A stretch of DNA of 60,760 nucleotides from IMG/VR virus record IMGVR_UViG_3300025121_000017, one strand, 5' to 3'. The position numbers and the translations under genes were made by a program. The notes below the pieces were generated by a model that saw nothing but the letters and a program-made list of their open reading frames with translations, did not search any database and was not told the DNA's origin. Shown here in pieces: positions 40,835-51,416 of the stretch; within the stretch, counting starts at the first letter, position 1; every line of letters starts with the position of its first letter. Origin of the DNA: an uncultured virus (IMG/VR IMGVR_UViG_3300025121_000017). Its lineage: Duplodnaviria; Heunggongvirae; Uroviricota; Caudoviricetes.

Positions 40835-41575
40835 ATGGAAGACACCCCGGCGTCTATCACCCCAGCCATGACCTCGCCTGACGATCTCATCCGTCTCTTG
40901 GCTGTAGATCCTGAGATGCTGCTCCAGCACGCGCCTGCGGGTCCGTGGGATCCACTCCCAGAGGAGCGCGCCAATACCAAAGCGCGCCGATGTTTCCTGG
41001 TTTACCTCGCCATGGGGGCGGACCGGAAGATCGATCGCCTCGTCGCGGTGCTACAGGCCCAATTCCCGGAGGTTGCAGTTGGGTCACGCATGCTGTGGGA
41101 ATACAGCCGCACCATGGACTGGCACGCCCGCGCGAAACAGTGGGATATCGCGGTCGGTCAATCGATCCTTCCGCGGATCTGGATCGAGCAGTCGGAAGAG
41201 TTCACGCGGATCACTCTGCAGCACGCGGACGACGCGCGGCTCTTACAGGACGTGGCGCGCAGCGACCTTGAGACTGTCCGGGATTGGCAGCGGGAGGGGC
41301 GTACGTCAGAGAAACCGACGACGTTCTTCCCGTCGATTGTGCTGTTCGGCGCGCTCCAGACGGGGCAGAAGCTGGAGCGCCAGGCGCTCGGGATGAATGT
41401 GCGCGAGCAGATCCTCCTCGGGCGCCTCGTCCCCGCCTCCCAGCGTGACGAGCTCGTGCGGATCCTCAACGAAGCGATCGAGGCGTACGTCCCAGAGGAG
41501 CAGCGCCCGGCGGTGCGAGAGGCGTATAGCGACCGTGTCCGGAAGCTTGAGTCGCAAGAGAAGGTGTCGACGTGA
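40835..41575 (+). CDS. putative terminase small subunit
   Basis: F..YL.MG..R......W..S....W..RA..WD pattern; upstream of TerL. Confidence 0.6.
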   Translation: MEDTPASITPAMTSPDDLIRLLAVDPEMLLQHAPAGPWDPLPEERANTKARRCFLVYLAMGADRKIDRLVAVLQAQFPEVAVGSRMLWEYSRTMDWHARAKQWDIAVGQSILPRIWIEQSEEFTRITLQHADDARLLQDVARSDLETVRDWQREGRTSEKPTTFFPSIVLFGALQTGQKLERQALGMNVREQILLGRLVPASQRDELVRILNEAIEAYVPEEQRPAVREAYSDRVRKLESQEKVST

Positions 41576-42149
41576 TTGAGCTGAGCACCACAGTATGCCC
41601 GCACAGCGCCGTCTTGCTTATGAGGCAAGACGTGACTCCATCGCGATATGGGCAGTGCGCCGTTGCTGACGCGTTCGTAGCAGGTCGGCGCGTCGGGCAG
41701 GTCCTGGTAGACAGGCTTGACGGTACCGCGCACGCTGTTTACGAGGCCGAGGCTGCGCTCGAGGATATTCTCGCGGTGGACGAGCTGTTCGATGGGACTG
41801 TTCTGCGTGTTATAGCAAGGTGGTGCGTATGAGCGAGACCCCCACCGTCCCAGGCTGCTACATCTGCCGAGGCGCAACGGGCGCTGTCTACGCTGTGCGC
41901 CTCGACGCAGACGGCAGCGTGCGCTGGCTCGGTGACTGCGACGGGGAGTGGCTGGACTGGGAAGTGGTGTCAGGCCCGCACACGCCGCCTACCTCTATCG
42001 CCATGACGGTGCCTATCACCCTGGGCGTCTACTGGTGCGTCACTGAGAGTGGGGCGGTTGACGCAGTGAGCGTCTATTTCGCGGAGGAAGAGGTGCGGTG
42101 CCGCACCTGCACCGGGGAGCGTGTTGTGCGCTGGGGACAGCCGATATGA
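41572..42149 (+). other. two small hypothetical ORFs between TerS and TerL (41572-41832, 41829-42149)
   Basis: 4-nt start/stop overlaps at each junction. Confidence 0.6.
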
Positions 42150-43324
42150 CGGAGCTGTACACGCCCAGGGCGCCGGTGGACAGGCGCATCCCGTTAACGT
42201 CAGACCTGCTGCGAGCCGGCAGTGGTATTGCAGTTCGGAACGTGGGGGCCGGCTCGACACCGTCTCGCAGTTCCTTTGACCACTACCGCTTCAACTCGAT
42301 CGCATACGTCCGCGAGAAGCTCGGCATGGAGCCGTGGCGCGGTGTCACGGGGTGCACGTGCAGCGCGCGAGACCCGCACAGTCACCCAGGCCAGGCGGAG
42401 GTGCTCGAGGCGTATGACCTGGTGATGCGGCAGCAGTTCGAGCGGGAGGACCTGGAAGCGGGACGGATTAAACCAGAGCAGCTGACAGTGTACAATCCCG
42501 ACAAACCGATTCGTATTTGGTTTCGCGTACCTGGAGGTCACTCGACCGGCAAGAGCTGCCTGGAAGCGATGATAGCCTGTCACTTCTTCGACGTCTATGT
42601 GCCGTCGGTCGTTTCCATCCTGGCTCCAAAGGCGGACCAGGCGAAGGAACAGACGCTGCAGGAGATCAAGAACCTTCGAGCTGGGCGTGGCCTCCCGGGG
42701 GACGTGCAGGACCGCGTTATCAAAGGTCCACTGATGACGGGAGACGCAGAGGACCCGAATATCCGAGGCGCCAAGCACTACATCCGGACGGTGGCCGCAT
42801 CGAACGAGGGAGGCAAGGGCGGCGCACGGCTCCAGGGTATGCACGAAGAGCACCAGCTGATTGTGCTCGATGAGGTGGAAGGCATCCCAGAGCGCGTGAA
42901 GATGCCGGTGCGGTCGTGGCTCGCTGATGGCAAGGGCATCATCCTCCTGTCCTTGAACCCTGAGTCCAGGTCACACTGGAGCTACACGTTTCGAGATGAC
43001 CCCGCAGTTATGAGCATGACGCTGTCGTCGCTCTATCACCCGAACGTGATCCATGGGCGCACTATCGTCCGCGGCGTGCAGCGCAGTTTCGTCGAGGAGC
43101 TGCTGCCCCGGTGCAAGCAAGTCGACCGTCACGATCGGGGACGGCTCACGTTTGAGCTGCCGTGGATGCCTGGAACCATCTGGGAACCGGACGACGTGTT
43201 CAGCTTCCGGGTGTTAGGTGAGGCGCCGATGAACCTGACGCGCCGGAGTCTCGTTTCTCCGGCCGCGTTCGAGGCTGCGCGGAAACGTGGGGATGAGTGT
43301 AGTACAGCGCGGGAGGCTGCGTGA
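42146..43324 (+). CDS. terminase large subunit, ATPase half
   Basis: YVREKLG, Walker A GGHSTGKS, LQGMH...IVLDEVEGI (Walker B), SLNP, FRVLGE. Confidence 0.85.
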   Translation: MTELYTPRAPVDRRIPLTSDLLRAGSGIAVRNVGAGSTPSRSSFDHYRFNSIAYVREKLGMEPWRGVTGCTCSARDPHSHPGQAEVLEAYDLVMRQQFEREDLEAGRIKPEQLTVYNPDKPIRIWFRVPGGHSTGKSCLEAMIACHFFDVYVPSVVSILAPKADQAKEQTLQEIKNLRAGRGLPGDVQDRVIKGPLMTGDAEDPNIRGAKHYIRTVAASNEGGKGGARLQGMHEEHQLIVLDEVEGIPERVKMPVRSWLADGKGIILLSLNPESRSHWSYTFRDDPAVMSMTLSSLYHPNVIHGRTIVRGVQRSFVEELLPRCKQVDRHDRGRLTFELPWMPGTIWEPDDVFSFRVLGEAPMNLTRRSLVSPAAFEAARKRGDECSTAREAA

Positions 43325-43572
43325 GCTCAATCGCCCCTACCCGCGCGCCCTACACGCCAAAGGACTGGCCCATGTGCCCTACGTGCGGCGCGGACGGCGT
43401 GCGCAGTGTTTACACGCCCGAGCTGGCGGTTTCCATCCTCGACACAGAGGCTTTGCGCCAGCGCAAGCACGCTGCGGCGGAGGTCTGCTGCAACGCATGT
43501 GGGTGGCGTGCGTCGCACTTCGCGTTTGACCTACTGTACCCTGTCTGTGTGCAAGGCGGGGAGGGCGCATGA
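43321..43572 (+). CDS. small Zn-finger protein inserted between the TerL halves
   Basis: CPTC...CNAC; GGAGG RBS; GTGA and ATGA overlaps. Confidence 0.65.
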   Translation: MSSIAPTRAPYTPKDWPMCPTCGADGVRSVYTPELAVSILDTEALRQRKHAAAEVCCNACGWRASHFAFDLLYPVCVQGGEGA

Positions 43573-45020
43573 TGACCGCATCAGGCATGCACACGCTCGT
43601 AGCTACGCGCCGTCGCATCATCCAGGTCGGCTGCGACGTTGCACGCGATGGCTCCGATCGTTCCACGATCTACGTGACCGTCGATAATGTCGTGCGCTGC
43701 CGGGGCGAGTATCGCTTCAGCTCGGACAGAGGGGGGCTCGAGGCCTGTGCAGACGAGCTGGTTCAGGTCGGGGTCGATGAGTATCAACCTGACGCAGAGC
43801 TTCACTTTCGCATTGACACAACCGGGCTCGGAGCTGGTCCGGCAGATGCGCTTCGAGGCAGCAAGGGCGAGAAGCTGCGGGAGCTCTACGGTGAAGATCG
43901 CGTTCGGGTGTTCGACGTGCGCTTTGGGTCGACGCACGACGTACAGGACAAACAGGCCTACTATGACCGAATCACAGAGCTCTACGGGCTGAGCGGAGAA
44001 GCGCTTGAGTCCGGGGATGTAGCAGTCGTTGACCCGCCTGCAGGGCTCGAGCAGGATCTGACCGGACGTGAGTGGGTGAGCGCGTATCGCGACGGGCAGT
44101 GGGTGAAGCGGTTGGAGCCGAAGGATGCGTTTAAGGTTAAGTTCAGCCGCTCCCCCGACCACGGCGACGGCTTTGTCCTCTCGCTGGCCCCTCCCGAAGC
44201 CTTCGGCGTCACAACCGAAGTGGAGTACCTCCTCCGCTCGCACCACCTGGACCGGGCCATCCTCCCGGACCTCAGCTGGGACGACGCGTCCGGACTCGAG
44301 CCCATCTGCTGCGGCGTTGACGGCTGGGTCGCGGCGGACGGACAGCTCCGCCTCAGCGTTGTCGTCCGCGGGGCGCTACCGGACGGGCGCAACCGAGACG
44401 TGGCTGTAGCGTACCTGTGGACGCGGGGCGACGTCTCGCCGTGGCAACAGCTGGCCGAGCTCCTCGTGCGCTACGGCGTTCCCTGGTGCGTTATCCAGGC
44501 TGAAGGTGACATGTGGGCGCCGGCCCTGGACTTCGCGACGCGGATTCGAGACCTGGCTCCGCCGAAGGGCTCGAGGCGGTTTCGCAAGACAGCGTTGCTC
44601 CGCTGGCGCGGCAATGACGCGCGTCCAGCGTGGCGCGACAAGCCTCACAAGGAACTCAAGCTCAAGGGCGAGGAGCTGGGCTACAAGCACGTCGTCGACT
44701 GGCACAAGGCCCACGCGTGCCGCGGGACACTCGAGCGGTTTCGAGACGGGCAGACCGTGATCGCGCCCTGGGGTGACCTGTGGGCTGAGTTGCCGTGTGA
44801 CGGGGCGGGCCGTGCCGAGCCGAGCCTGCGCCCGAGCGATCGAGGCCTGGGGACCGTCCGGGAGACGTGCCTCGGGGACGTCTATAAGCTTCACCTGCTG
44901 CGGACGGGGTTTCGGCGTGGCGGGGGAGAGTTGAGCCTTGAGGAGCCGTTTGGCGGGGGGTTCGTTGTTGCGAGTGCCCTGGCGGACGTGGGGCTGGAAC
45001 GGATGAGAGGGGGACAGTAA
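43569..45020 (+). CDS. terminase large subunit, nuclease half, with a long C-terminal extension
   Basis: VGCDVARDGSD, IDTTGLGAG, LEPKD...RSPDHGDGFVL. Confidence 0.82.
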   Translation: MMTASGMHTLVATRRRIIQVGCDVARDGSDRSTIYVTVDNVVRCRGEYRFSSDRGGLEACADELVQVGVDEYQPDAELHFRIDTTGLGAGPADALRGSKGEKLRELYGEDRVRVFDVRFGSTHDVQDKQAYYDRITELYGLSGEALESGDVAVVDPPAGLEQDLTGREWVSAYRDGQWVKRLEPKDAFKVKFSRSPDHGDGFVLSLAPPEAFGVTTEVEYLLRSHHLDRAILPDLSWDDASGLEPICCGVDGWVAADGQLRLSVVVRGALPDGRNRDVAVAYLWTRGDVSPWQQLAELLVRYGVPWCVIQAEGDMWAPALDFATRIRDLAPPKGSRRFRKTALLRWRGNDARPAWRDKPHKELKLKGEELGYKHVVDWHKAHACRGTLERFRDGQTVIAPWGDLWAELPCDGAGRAEPSLRPSDRGLGTVRETCLGDVYKLHLLRTGFRRGGGELSLEEPFGGGFVVASALADVGLERMRGGQ

Positions 45021-45021
45021 C

Positions 45022-45285
45022 ATGCTCCGTGGTATCGACGCAGTTCAAGCGCTGCCTGCTCCTCGCGGCGTCCACCGTTTCCGTGTCAGCAGCTCCAACG
45101 TCGCGGAGATCGGCTATAGCCAGGCAACAAAGACGCTCGAGGTGAAGTACCACTCCGAAGGCATCTACCGCTACTATGGCGTGCCGGCTTGGGTGTGGCT
45201 GTCTCTGAAAGCGGCGGCGTCGAAGGGGAAGTTTATGCACGAGAAGGTCAAAGGCGTTTATCCGTACCAGAAAGTGTCGCGGTGA
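45022..45285 (+). CDS. KTSC domain protein
   Basis: VSSSNVAEIGY...LEVKY...YRYYGVP...AASKGKF. Confidence 0.9.
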   Translation: MLRGIDAVQALPAPRGVHRFRVSSSNVAEIGYSQATKTLEVKYHSEGIYRYYGVPAWVWLSLKAAASKGKFMHEKVKGVYPYQKVSR

Positions 45286-45509
45286 CGTGGCTCCATTGCA
45301 GTTTAGACGCAGACCTGGGTGCATTTTGACTGCAGCGTAGGGGAGGTAAAAAGACGTGAAAGGTATGTTGTTTCAACTGTTTGTTTTGGCGGTTTTGTGC
45401 GGCTGGATGGAACTCCTGGTAACAGCGTTCGGACTGCCCGTCTGGGCAGCGTGCTGCGTTACAGTTGGTGTGGTCTGGGTGTGCGGGGTGTGCCTGCGCG
45501 AGTAGCTTT

Positions 45510-45524
45510 ATCGTCATTGACATC
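45510..45524 (+). promoter_or_regulatory. variant box ATCGTCATTGACATC
   Basis: Same left-arm variant as at 4.1 kb; no good -10 at 17 bp. Confidence 0.45.
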
Positions 45525-45606
45525 TTTTTACGCTGGCGTCTCTTGCTAGCGTATGTTAGACTTAAGCAGTCAATGTGATTTTTAACGTTTGTCGAGGTTC
45601 ACATAT

Positions 45607-46005
45607 ATGAAACGATCCCGTGTTATCGAAAATATCCCCGAAGCCCACGCGCGAGCGGCGGCCCTGGCTGCGGATGGCTACAGCATCCCGCGCGCTGCCA
45701 AAGAGATGAACGTCACAGTCTCCGCACTCACCGCCGCGCTGTATCGCGCCGTGCAGTCCGGGCTGGACATCGTGCGCTTCGCGGAGCGGCCCGCGCGTGG
45801 AACCAGCACGGCTGAGCCCAACGTTGCCCGCGTCCGGACGATGCGAGCGGGGCGTTCCAGGACGCCGTATTCGCGGGTCACGATCCCGCCGCCGGTGATG
45901 CGACAGTGGGGGGTCGTGGAACCGGACGACATCGCGTTCGCCGTCGAGGATGGGAGGTTGGTCGGAACGCGGCTGCGGGGTGAGACGGAAGAGGTTGCGG
46001 CCTAA
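45607..46005 (+). CDS. HTH plus AbrB-like transcriptional regulator
   Basis: GYSIPRAAKEMNVTVSAL; RVTIPPPVMRQWGVVEPDDIAFAVEDGRLV. Confidence 0.6.
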   Translation: MKRSRVIENIPEAHARAAALAADGYSIPRAAKEMNVTVSALTAALYRAVQSGLDIVRFAERPARGTSTAEPNVARVRTMRAGRSRTPYSRVTIPPPVMRQWGVVEPDDIAFAVEDGRLVGTRLRGETEEVAA

Positions 46006-46447
46006 ATGCGAAGCATGCACATCGTCGGCGTGGTCATCGACGGACGTACAGAGTGGCACCTCCCCGGTGTCATCAATGACTATGCGACGCTCTGCGGAGT
46101 AGACGGCAATGACGCCGACCCCTTCGTGGCACAGAGTCCGGCGGGCGATCCGCGTGTTGGGCAGAAAATCACGTGTGCACAGTGTCACGCGCTCTGGCGT
46201 AAGGTCTCGAGTCTGCGACTTAGGGCGCGTGACTTTGAGGGCGAGGAATGATGCGTCACCATCGGCCAAAACCGCGCCGCCTCAAGCGCGGCGAGCAGCA
46301 CAAACGAGTCGCATACTTCAACCGCCTGGCCGGGTGGTACCGCGTCGGGCCGATGATATTCCACGGAGAGACCCCTGTGGCGGACATCATCCACGAAGGG
46401 TTTGCGCGCGGCTTCGCCGTGCACTTCAGTATCACGGGAGGGGCAAA

Positions 46448-46927
46448 GTGATCTTCATTGACGTAACAGAATTACTCGCGGACTTGCGCGCCAAACGAGC
46501 CGCGCTGTCCGTACTCAAGCAGAAGGCCCTAGGCACAGAGGCGCATCGGCTCGCTGGCAAGGTAGAAGGCGTAGAGCTGGCGATCTATGACGTCGAGAAG
46601 GAAGTGGCGCGGCAGGCTGCGATGCGAGCCGGACTGCACCGTATCGCGTTCGAGCGCCAACGCCAGCTTGAAGCGGAGGGCTGGACGGCGCGGCATGACG
46701 CGGAGCACAAGCGCGGGGAGCTGGCGATTGCAGCGGCGTGTTACGCTGTAAAGGACACTGAAGCGTCTTGTGTCGTTGGAGCTGGGGACCGAGGATACGT
46801 CGATGCCTGGCCCTGGGCTGCCGAATGGGACAAGCGGAGCACTGACTCGAGGCTACGGCGGCTTGAGAAGGCTGGGGCGCTTATCGCGGCGGAGATTGAT
46901 CGGTTGGTTAAGGCGGGGGAGACGTGA
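46448..46927 (+). CDS. phage conserved protein (ERQRQ...HD.H..GELA.AA.CY type)
   Basis: ERQRQLEAEGWT, WPW, LEKAGALIAAEIDRL. Confidence 0.7.
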   Translation: MIFIDVTELLADLRAKRAALSVLKQKALGTEAHRLAGKVEGVELAIYDVEKEVARQAAMRAGLHRIAFERQRQLEAEGWTARHDAEHKRGELAIAAACYAVKDTEASCVVGAGDRGYVDAWPWAAEWDKRSTDSRLRRLEKAGALIAAEIDRLVKAGET

Positions 46928-47822
46928 GCGTCGCCCCTTTCCCCGAGTTCGCCCGCCTCGACGCTGCGATCGAGCGCCTCCCGCGAGACACGCCCGCATA
47001 CATCCGGGAAGAGCTGGTGATAGCGGCGGCGCACCTCCGGCAGCGGGACATCAACCGTATCGCGGCGCACGTACGCGCCTTAGCTGTCGGGTTGAAGCTG
47101 CTGCCCCAGGTTGACCGTCTCGATCGCGTCATGTTGGCCCTCCCTGTCCGGACGTCTGCGCGCGTCCGGAAAGAGATCGCTGAGATTGCGGTTAACCTGC
47201 GCCAGACGGTGCTCGAGCTGGCCAAGGGCGACGAATGAAGTACCCCATGTTCGAGATTTTAGTACAGGCCCCGCAATACTGCACCCGGCGGCGCGGCAAC
47301 GCCATGGTGACGTCTCGCGTGGAAGCTGTGGAGGGCAGCCACGCGTCGCTGGACGCGATCAGGGTACCGATACGCTTCGTGCCGGTTGAGGTGTATACCT
47401 TGACGCGTGAGGAGCAGGGTGACGTTGAGTTTGAGCGAGCGTATCAACCGAAAGTGGTGACATATGGCTGAGTGGCTGTACCTCATCCGAGGCAGCTCAG
47501 GAGTCTACGACGACTACCGAACCTGGCCCGTCGCCATCCTGGCCGCAGCTGCCGAAGCTGAGGCCTACGCGCAGGAACTGACTGACCTGGCGAGTCAGCT
47601 GTATGCCGAGCTGGCGGACGTGCGGGCACCTCTCCAGGCACTCGGTGCAGACGCTCCCGAGGACGCTTACTCGGCGCTTTGGCGTGCGCAGAACATCGCT
47701 GAGCAAGCCATCGCGGCGCGGCACTCGGACCCTAGATTCGACACGCTCGACCAGCCCAAGTATGAGGCGGTGGAAGTGCCGGTTGGGCGTCTCGCTGTAA
47801 AATAAGGTGCGAAGTAAGGTAC

Positions 47823-47858
47823 AATGTCATTGACATTTAACTCCATTGCGCGCACTAT
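47823..47858 (+). promoter_or_regulatory. box-promoter 8
   Basis: AATGTCATTGACATT; TTGACA-17-CACTAT. Confidence 0.8.
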
Positions 47859-48569
47859 AGCGGAGTGAATGAGATGAAACGTACCCCACCATCGGTGCCA
47901 GGTCTTCGACGATTCTGGCCGTGGTTACTCTGGTATCAATGTTCCGCGTGCGGGAATGAATTCCGACGCGAGTGGGTCTGGGAGTACGTGCGCGGGTGGT
48001 CAGGATTCACTCCCCTTTACGCCTACATTTGCGCGGACTGCGGGCCAAAAGCCCCGGCGCGTGAGGAGAAGCTATGCCACACGTCTCTGCCTCCATCGCA
48101 GGCACCATCCGCGAAATCGGACGCGCCGCCTTCGTCCGGGACATCGAGGAAACACGCGACCTGTGCACCCGAGAGGCGTGGCCCGATCTCTCCCGCCAGC
48201 TGCCGGACGGGTGTGAGCTGAACGGAGCCACGCTGGCCCAGCTGCATCGCGTCATGCGTGTCTGCGCGGACCGGAAAATAGCCACTATGCGTGAAGGCCT
48301 GTGCGGGCTCGACGCCATGCTTGCTCTGCGTGTTGGGGAAGAGCGGGATGAACTGGCTGCTACGGTCCAGAAGCTTCGCGTGGGGATTGAGGCTGCGGAA
48401 GCGGACGTGTATCGAGAGCTCGACGCAGCAGAGGCGCGGCGGCTAAGCTGGCTCGAGAGATTGGAGCGGACATGAGGGCATCCACCGAATTTATGTCTGG
48501 CGGCGGCAGTGCCTCATCACCCGGCACGGCACAACGCAGTCCGAGGCAGACGCGCACAGAGGCAGCACC

Positions 48570-49235
48570 ATGAGCAACGACGACAAGATTTTCCAGCACG
48601 AGTCTTACGGCATGATCGGGTACAGCCGCACGAGCCATGGCGGCGCGACAACCAACCTGTTTGGGAGTGCGATCGACAAGCACTTCAGCACGATCCGGAT
48701 TCGGATTCATACGGCGGAGCGCAGGCACCATCTCTCGATGGACTGGTTCCACGCCAATGATCAGATCATCGATGTCGAGCTTTCCGCGGCGCAATTCGCC
48801 GAATTCATCACCACGGCGAACATGGGGGATGGTGTGCCGTGTACCATTCGCGCGGTGAATGGCCGACGGATGGAAGACCCGCCTGCCGAACTCGTGGAGG
48901 CGGCTGAAGTCCGTGAAGGGTTCGCAGCGCAGTGCAAGGCGCTCGGGGCCAGGCTCGCGAAGGTCTCCGCGTCTGTGGATTCCATCCTGGCCGGGTCAAA
49001 GTTTGGCAGGCCCGAGAAGGATGCGATCCGCGGCGCGATGTCCGGTATCGTCCAGGAAGTTCGTGCCAACCTGCCGTTCGTGATGGATCAATTCCAGGAG
49101 GCCACGGGGCGAGTCGTGACGGCAGCGAAAGCGGAGGCTGATGCCTTTCTGACCCACGCCGTCGCACGGGCGGGAATCAAGGCGATCAGAGACAACAACG
49201 GCGTAGTTCAGTTGGGGTCGGGCAATGAAGAGTGA
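48570..49235 (+). CDS. phage conserved hypothetical protein
   Basis: HESYGMI, LFGS, ELSAAQFAEFITT.N.G.GVPCTI. Confidence 0.75.
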   Translation: MSNDDKIFQHESYGMIGYSRTSHGGATTNLFGSAIDKHFSTIRIRIHTAERRHHLSMDWFHANDQIIDVELSAAQFAEFITTANMGDGVPCTIRAVNGRRMEDPPAELVEAAEVREGFAAQCKALGARLAKVSASVDSILAGSKFGRPEKDAIRGAMSGIVQEVRANLPFVMDQFQEATGRVVTAAKAEADAFLTHAVARAGIKAIRDNNGVVQLGSGNEE

Positions 49236-50145
49236 TCGCGTCGCAGACCCGTCTCCGTGTGTCGCCGTACTGCCGGTCTTTAAGCTGCAAGGAGTACCAG
49301 CATGAGTTCCTGTGAAAAGAAGGAAGGGTACGGGTGGACTGACGCTGTGGTGCCTCCAGAGCCCGTTGTGGCTATGAGCAACATCGTCCGCAACCGCCGC
49401 CCGACTCCCGAAGAAGTGCGCGCAGCACAGCGTGGAGACTGGAGCGTATGGCTGCGGTACCGGCCTGGGTACGAAATTGAAGTGACCCAGATTCACGTCT
49501 CGCCCTACGGTCCCGGCCTGGGCACTCTCTGGCTCGGGGGCAGGCAGTATGACCCCGCCGCCCCAGCCGTTGGGGAGACTTGGAGTCCGATCGAGCCGGA
49601 CGGGACGCCGCTGAGCTCACAACATGACTGAGGCTATCGTGGTTAAGATATTTCGACTGAACGACTATGAGTGGTTCGCGGGGGAGTCCTTGGACGAGGC
49701 AATCTCCTGCGCGAGGGGCTTCCACCCCGACTGCGACGAGGAAGACTTCCTTGACGACCCCGCGGAAGTAGACGCAGCGGGCCTGGAGCGACTGCGCTAC
49801 CTGGACACGAATGGCAATGTCCGGAGCTTTAAAGATCAGCTGGAAAAGTTTATCGCGACGGGGGAGCCGTTCCCGTGCCTGTTTGCAACGACAGAGATTT
49901 AAGGAGCCTCACGTGCAGAAGTCAAAGAGTCCACCGATCCCCAAGCCGTTTTGGTTCGACGGGAACCTATTGTGGGGCTGGGTGAGGACGGTTGAAGAGC
50001 TCGACGCGCTCGTTCGACTCTACCCGAATCAGGAGTGGCGTAAGGCCCGTCAGTGCGCCGGGGACACCTCGAGGCCGAACTTCGGTACTCGAGCGGAACA
50101 TCGCGGAGAGCAGACGTTGGGGGAGTGGCTGGACGGGGGCGAGAG

Positions 50146-50242
<97 letters not shown>

Positions 50243-50252
50243 GAGAGCACAG

Positions 50253-50780
50253 ATGCACCTACGTGAGGTATGCCAAGCTCATGATCTCGAGCCCCTTCGT
50301 GCTCTGGCCGAAGCGCGAGACCTACAAGCACTCAACCTGCTCTTGCACGAAATGATGCGGCGCCCGGACGCACAACCGTGTCCCGGATGCGAAGGACGCT
50401 GGCAAGAACACGAAGTTGAATGGGACGACGGCAGCATTACCACTCGAGACGAGTGTGAGCGCTGTGCGCGGCAGCCCGTCCGTGGGTACGTTGCGGCGCC
50501 TCCGTTTGATTATCTCCGCGCGGACGTGCCACTTGACCGGTTCATGGAATTGCTGCCAGCTGCCCAAGCGTGGACGGGTAACGGGTGGCTCCTGCTGTTT
50601 ACGGAGATTCACCACGACAGGTGCGCTCTTGCTTATCTGATCGATAGTGGCATAGACCCGCATCCCGCCCTGGTGAAATTCGCAGTGGAGCAGCGCACAC
50701 AAGAGCGCTCGCCCGCACAGGCCATCGTGCTCGCCTGTCTCGCTGCATGCATCGTCTACGGGGAGGAGAAGAAGTCATGA
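50253..50780 (+). CDS. hypothetical protein, paralogue of 20650-21180
   Basis: GAGGAG RBS; shared blocks plus CxxC pairs. Confidence 0.7.
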   Translation: MHLREVCQAHDLEPLRALAEARDLQALNLLLHEMMRRPDAQPCPGCEGRWQEHEVEWDDGSITTRDECERCARQPVRGYVAAPPFDYLRADVPLDRFMELLPAAQAWTGNGWLLLFTEIHHDRCALAYLIDSGIDPHPALVKFAVEQRTQERSPAQAIVLACLAACIVYGEEKKS

Positions 50781-51416
50781 CACTTCGCCAACGCGCCTTC
50801 GCCCTCTACCGTCCACCCTTCCGCGCGGCGCGCGAGTACATCATGGACGCAAACGGTAACCTGGCGGCAGACGGCGCAGGCGTCGATCTGCGTGTTCGTG
50901 GCTGGGGACGCATCGGGTACCTGCGCAACCCAGAAATGCTTCAGGATGAGGTGGAAGGATTACTGGCAGAGTCAGGTGCTGCTGAGTCCGGAATATCTCC
51001 CGGGCAAGTCGCCTCGAGACTAACGAAGTTCTGGGAGGCGTACGCGCAGCAGACGCGCCAGGTGGTGTGCAGTAGTGAGCCGGTGCCCGGCTCGCCCGCG
51101 AGGGGAACCCCATGACAGAATCTGAAGTATTGGACGCGATCAAGTCCGGCGAAAGTGACGCTTTGGACATTTTGCGGGAAGCTATGCCCGATGCCGAGAA
51201 GCGCTGGAAACGTCTGTGCAAAAGCATCGTCGCCTTTCGCAAAGATGTGCAGCAGCACTTCCCAGACGCCGAATACTATACTGCATCGGGAGGCTTCCAT
51301 CTCCTGCTGGGAAGTAGCCACTCAGCGTCCGGCGCGGGGCAGCAGTGCCTTGTAGCGCTTTCAGGCGAAGAATTTGGCGTGAGTATCAGTGATGGTGATT
51401 TTTAAGGCGGATAGCG

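Noticed and set aside
43321..43572. Group I/II intron in TerL
   Set aside because: No recognisable core elements, and the segment has its own RBS and coupled start/stop; not formally excluded
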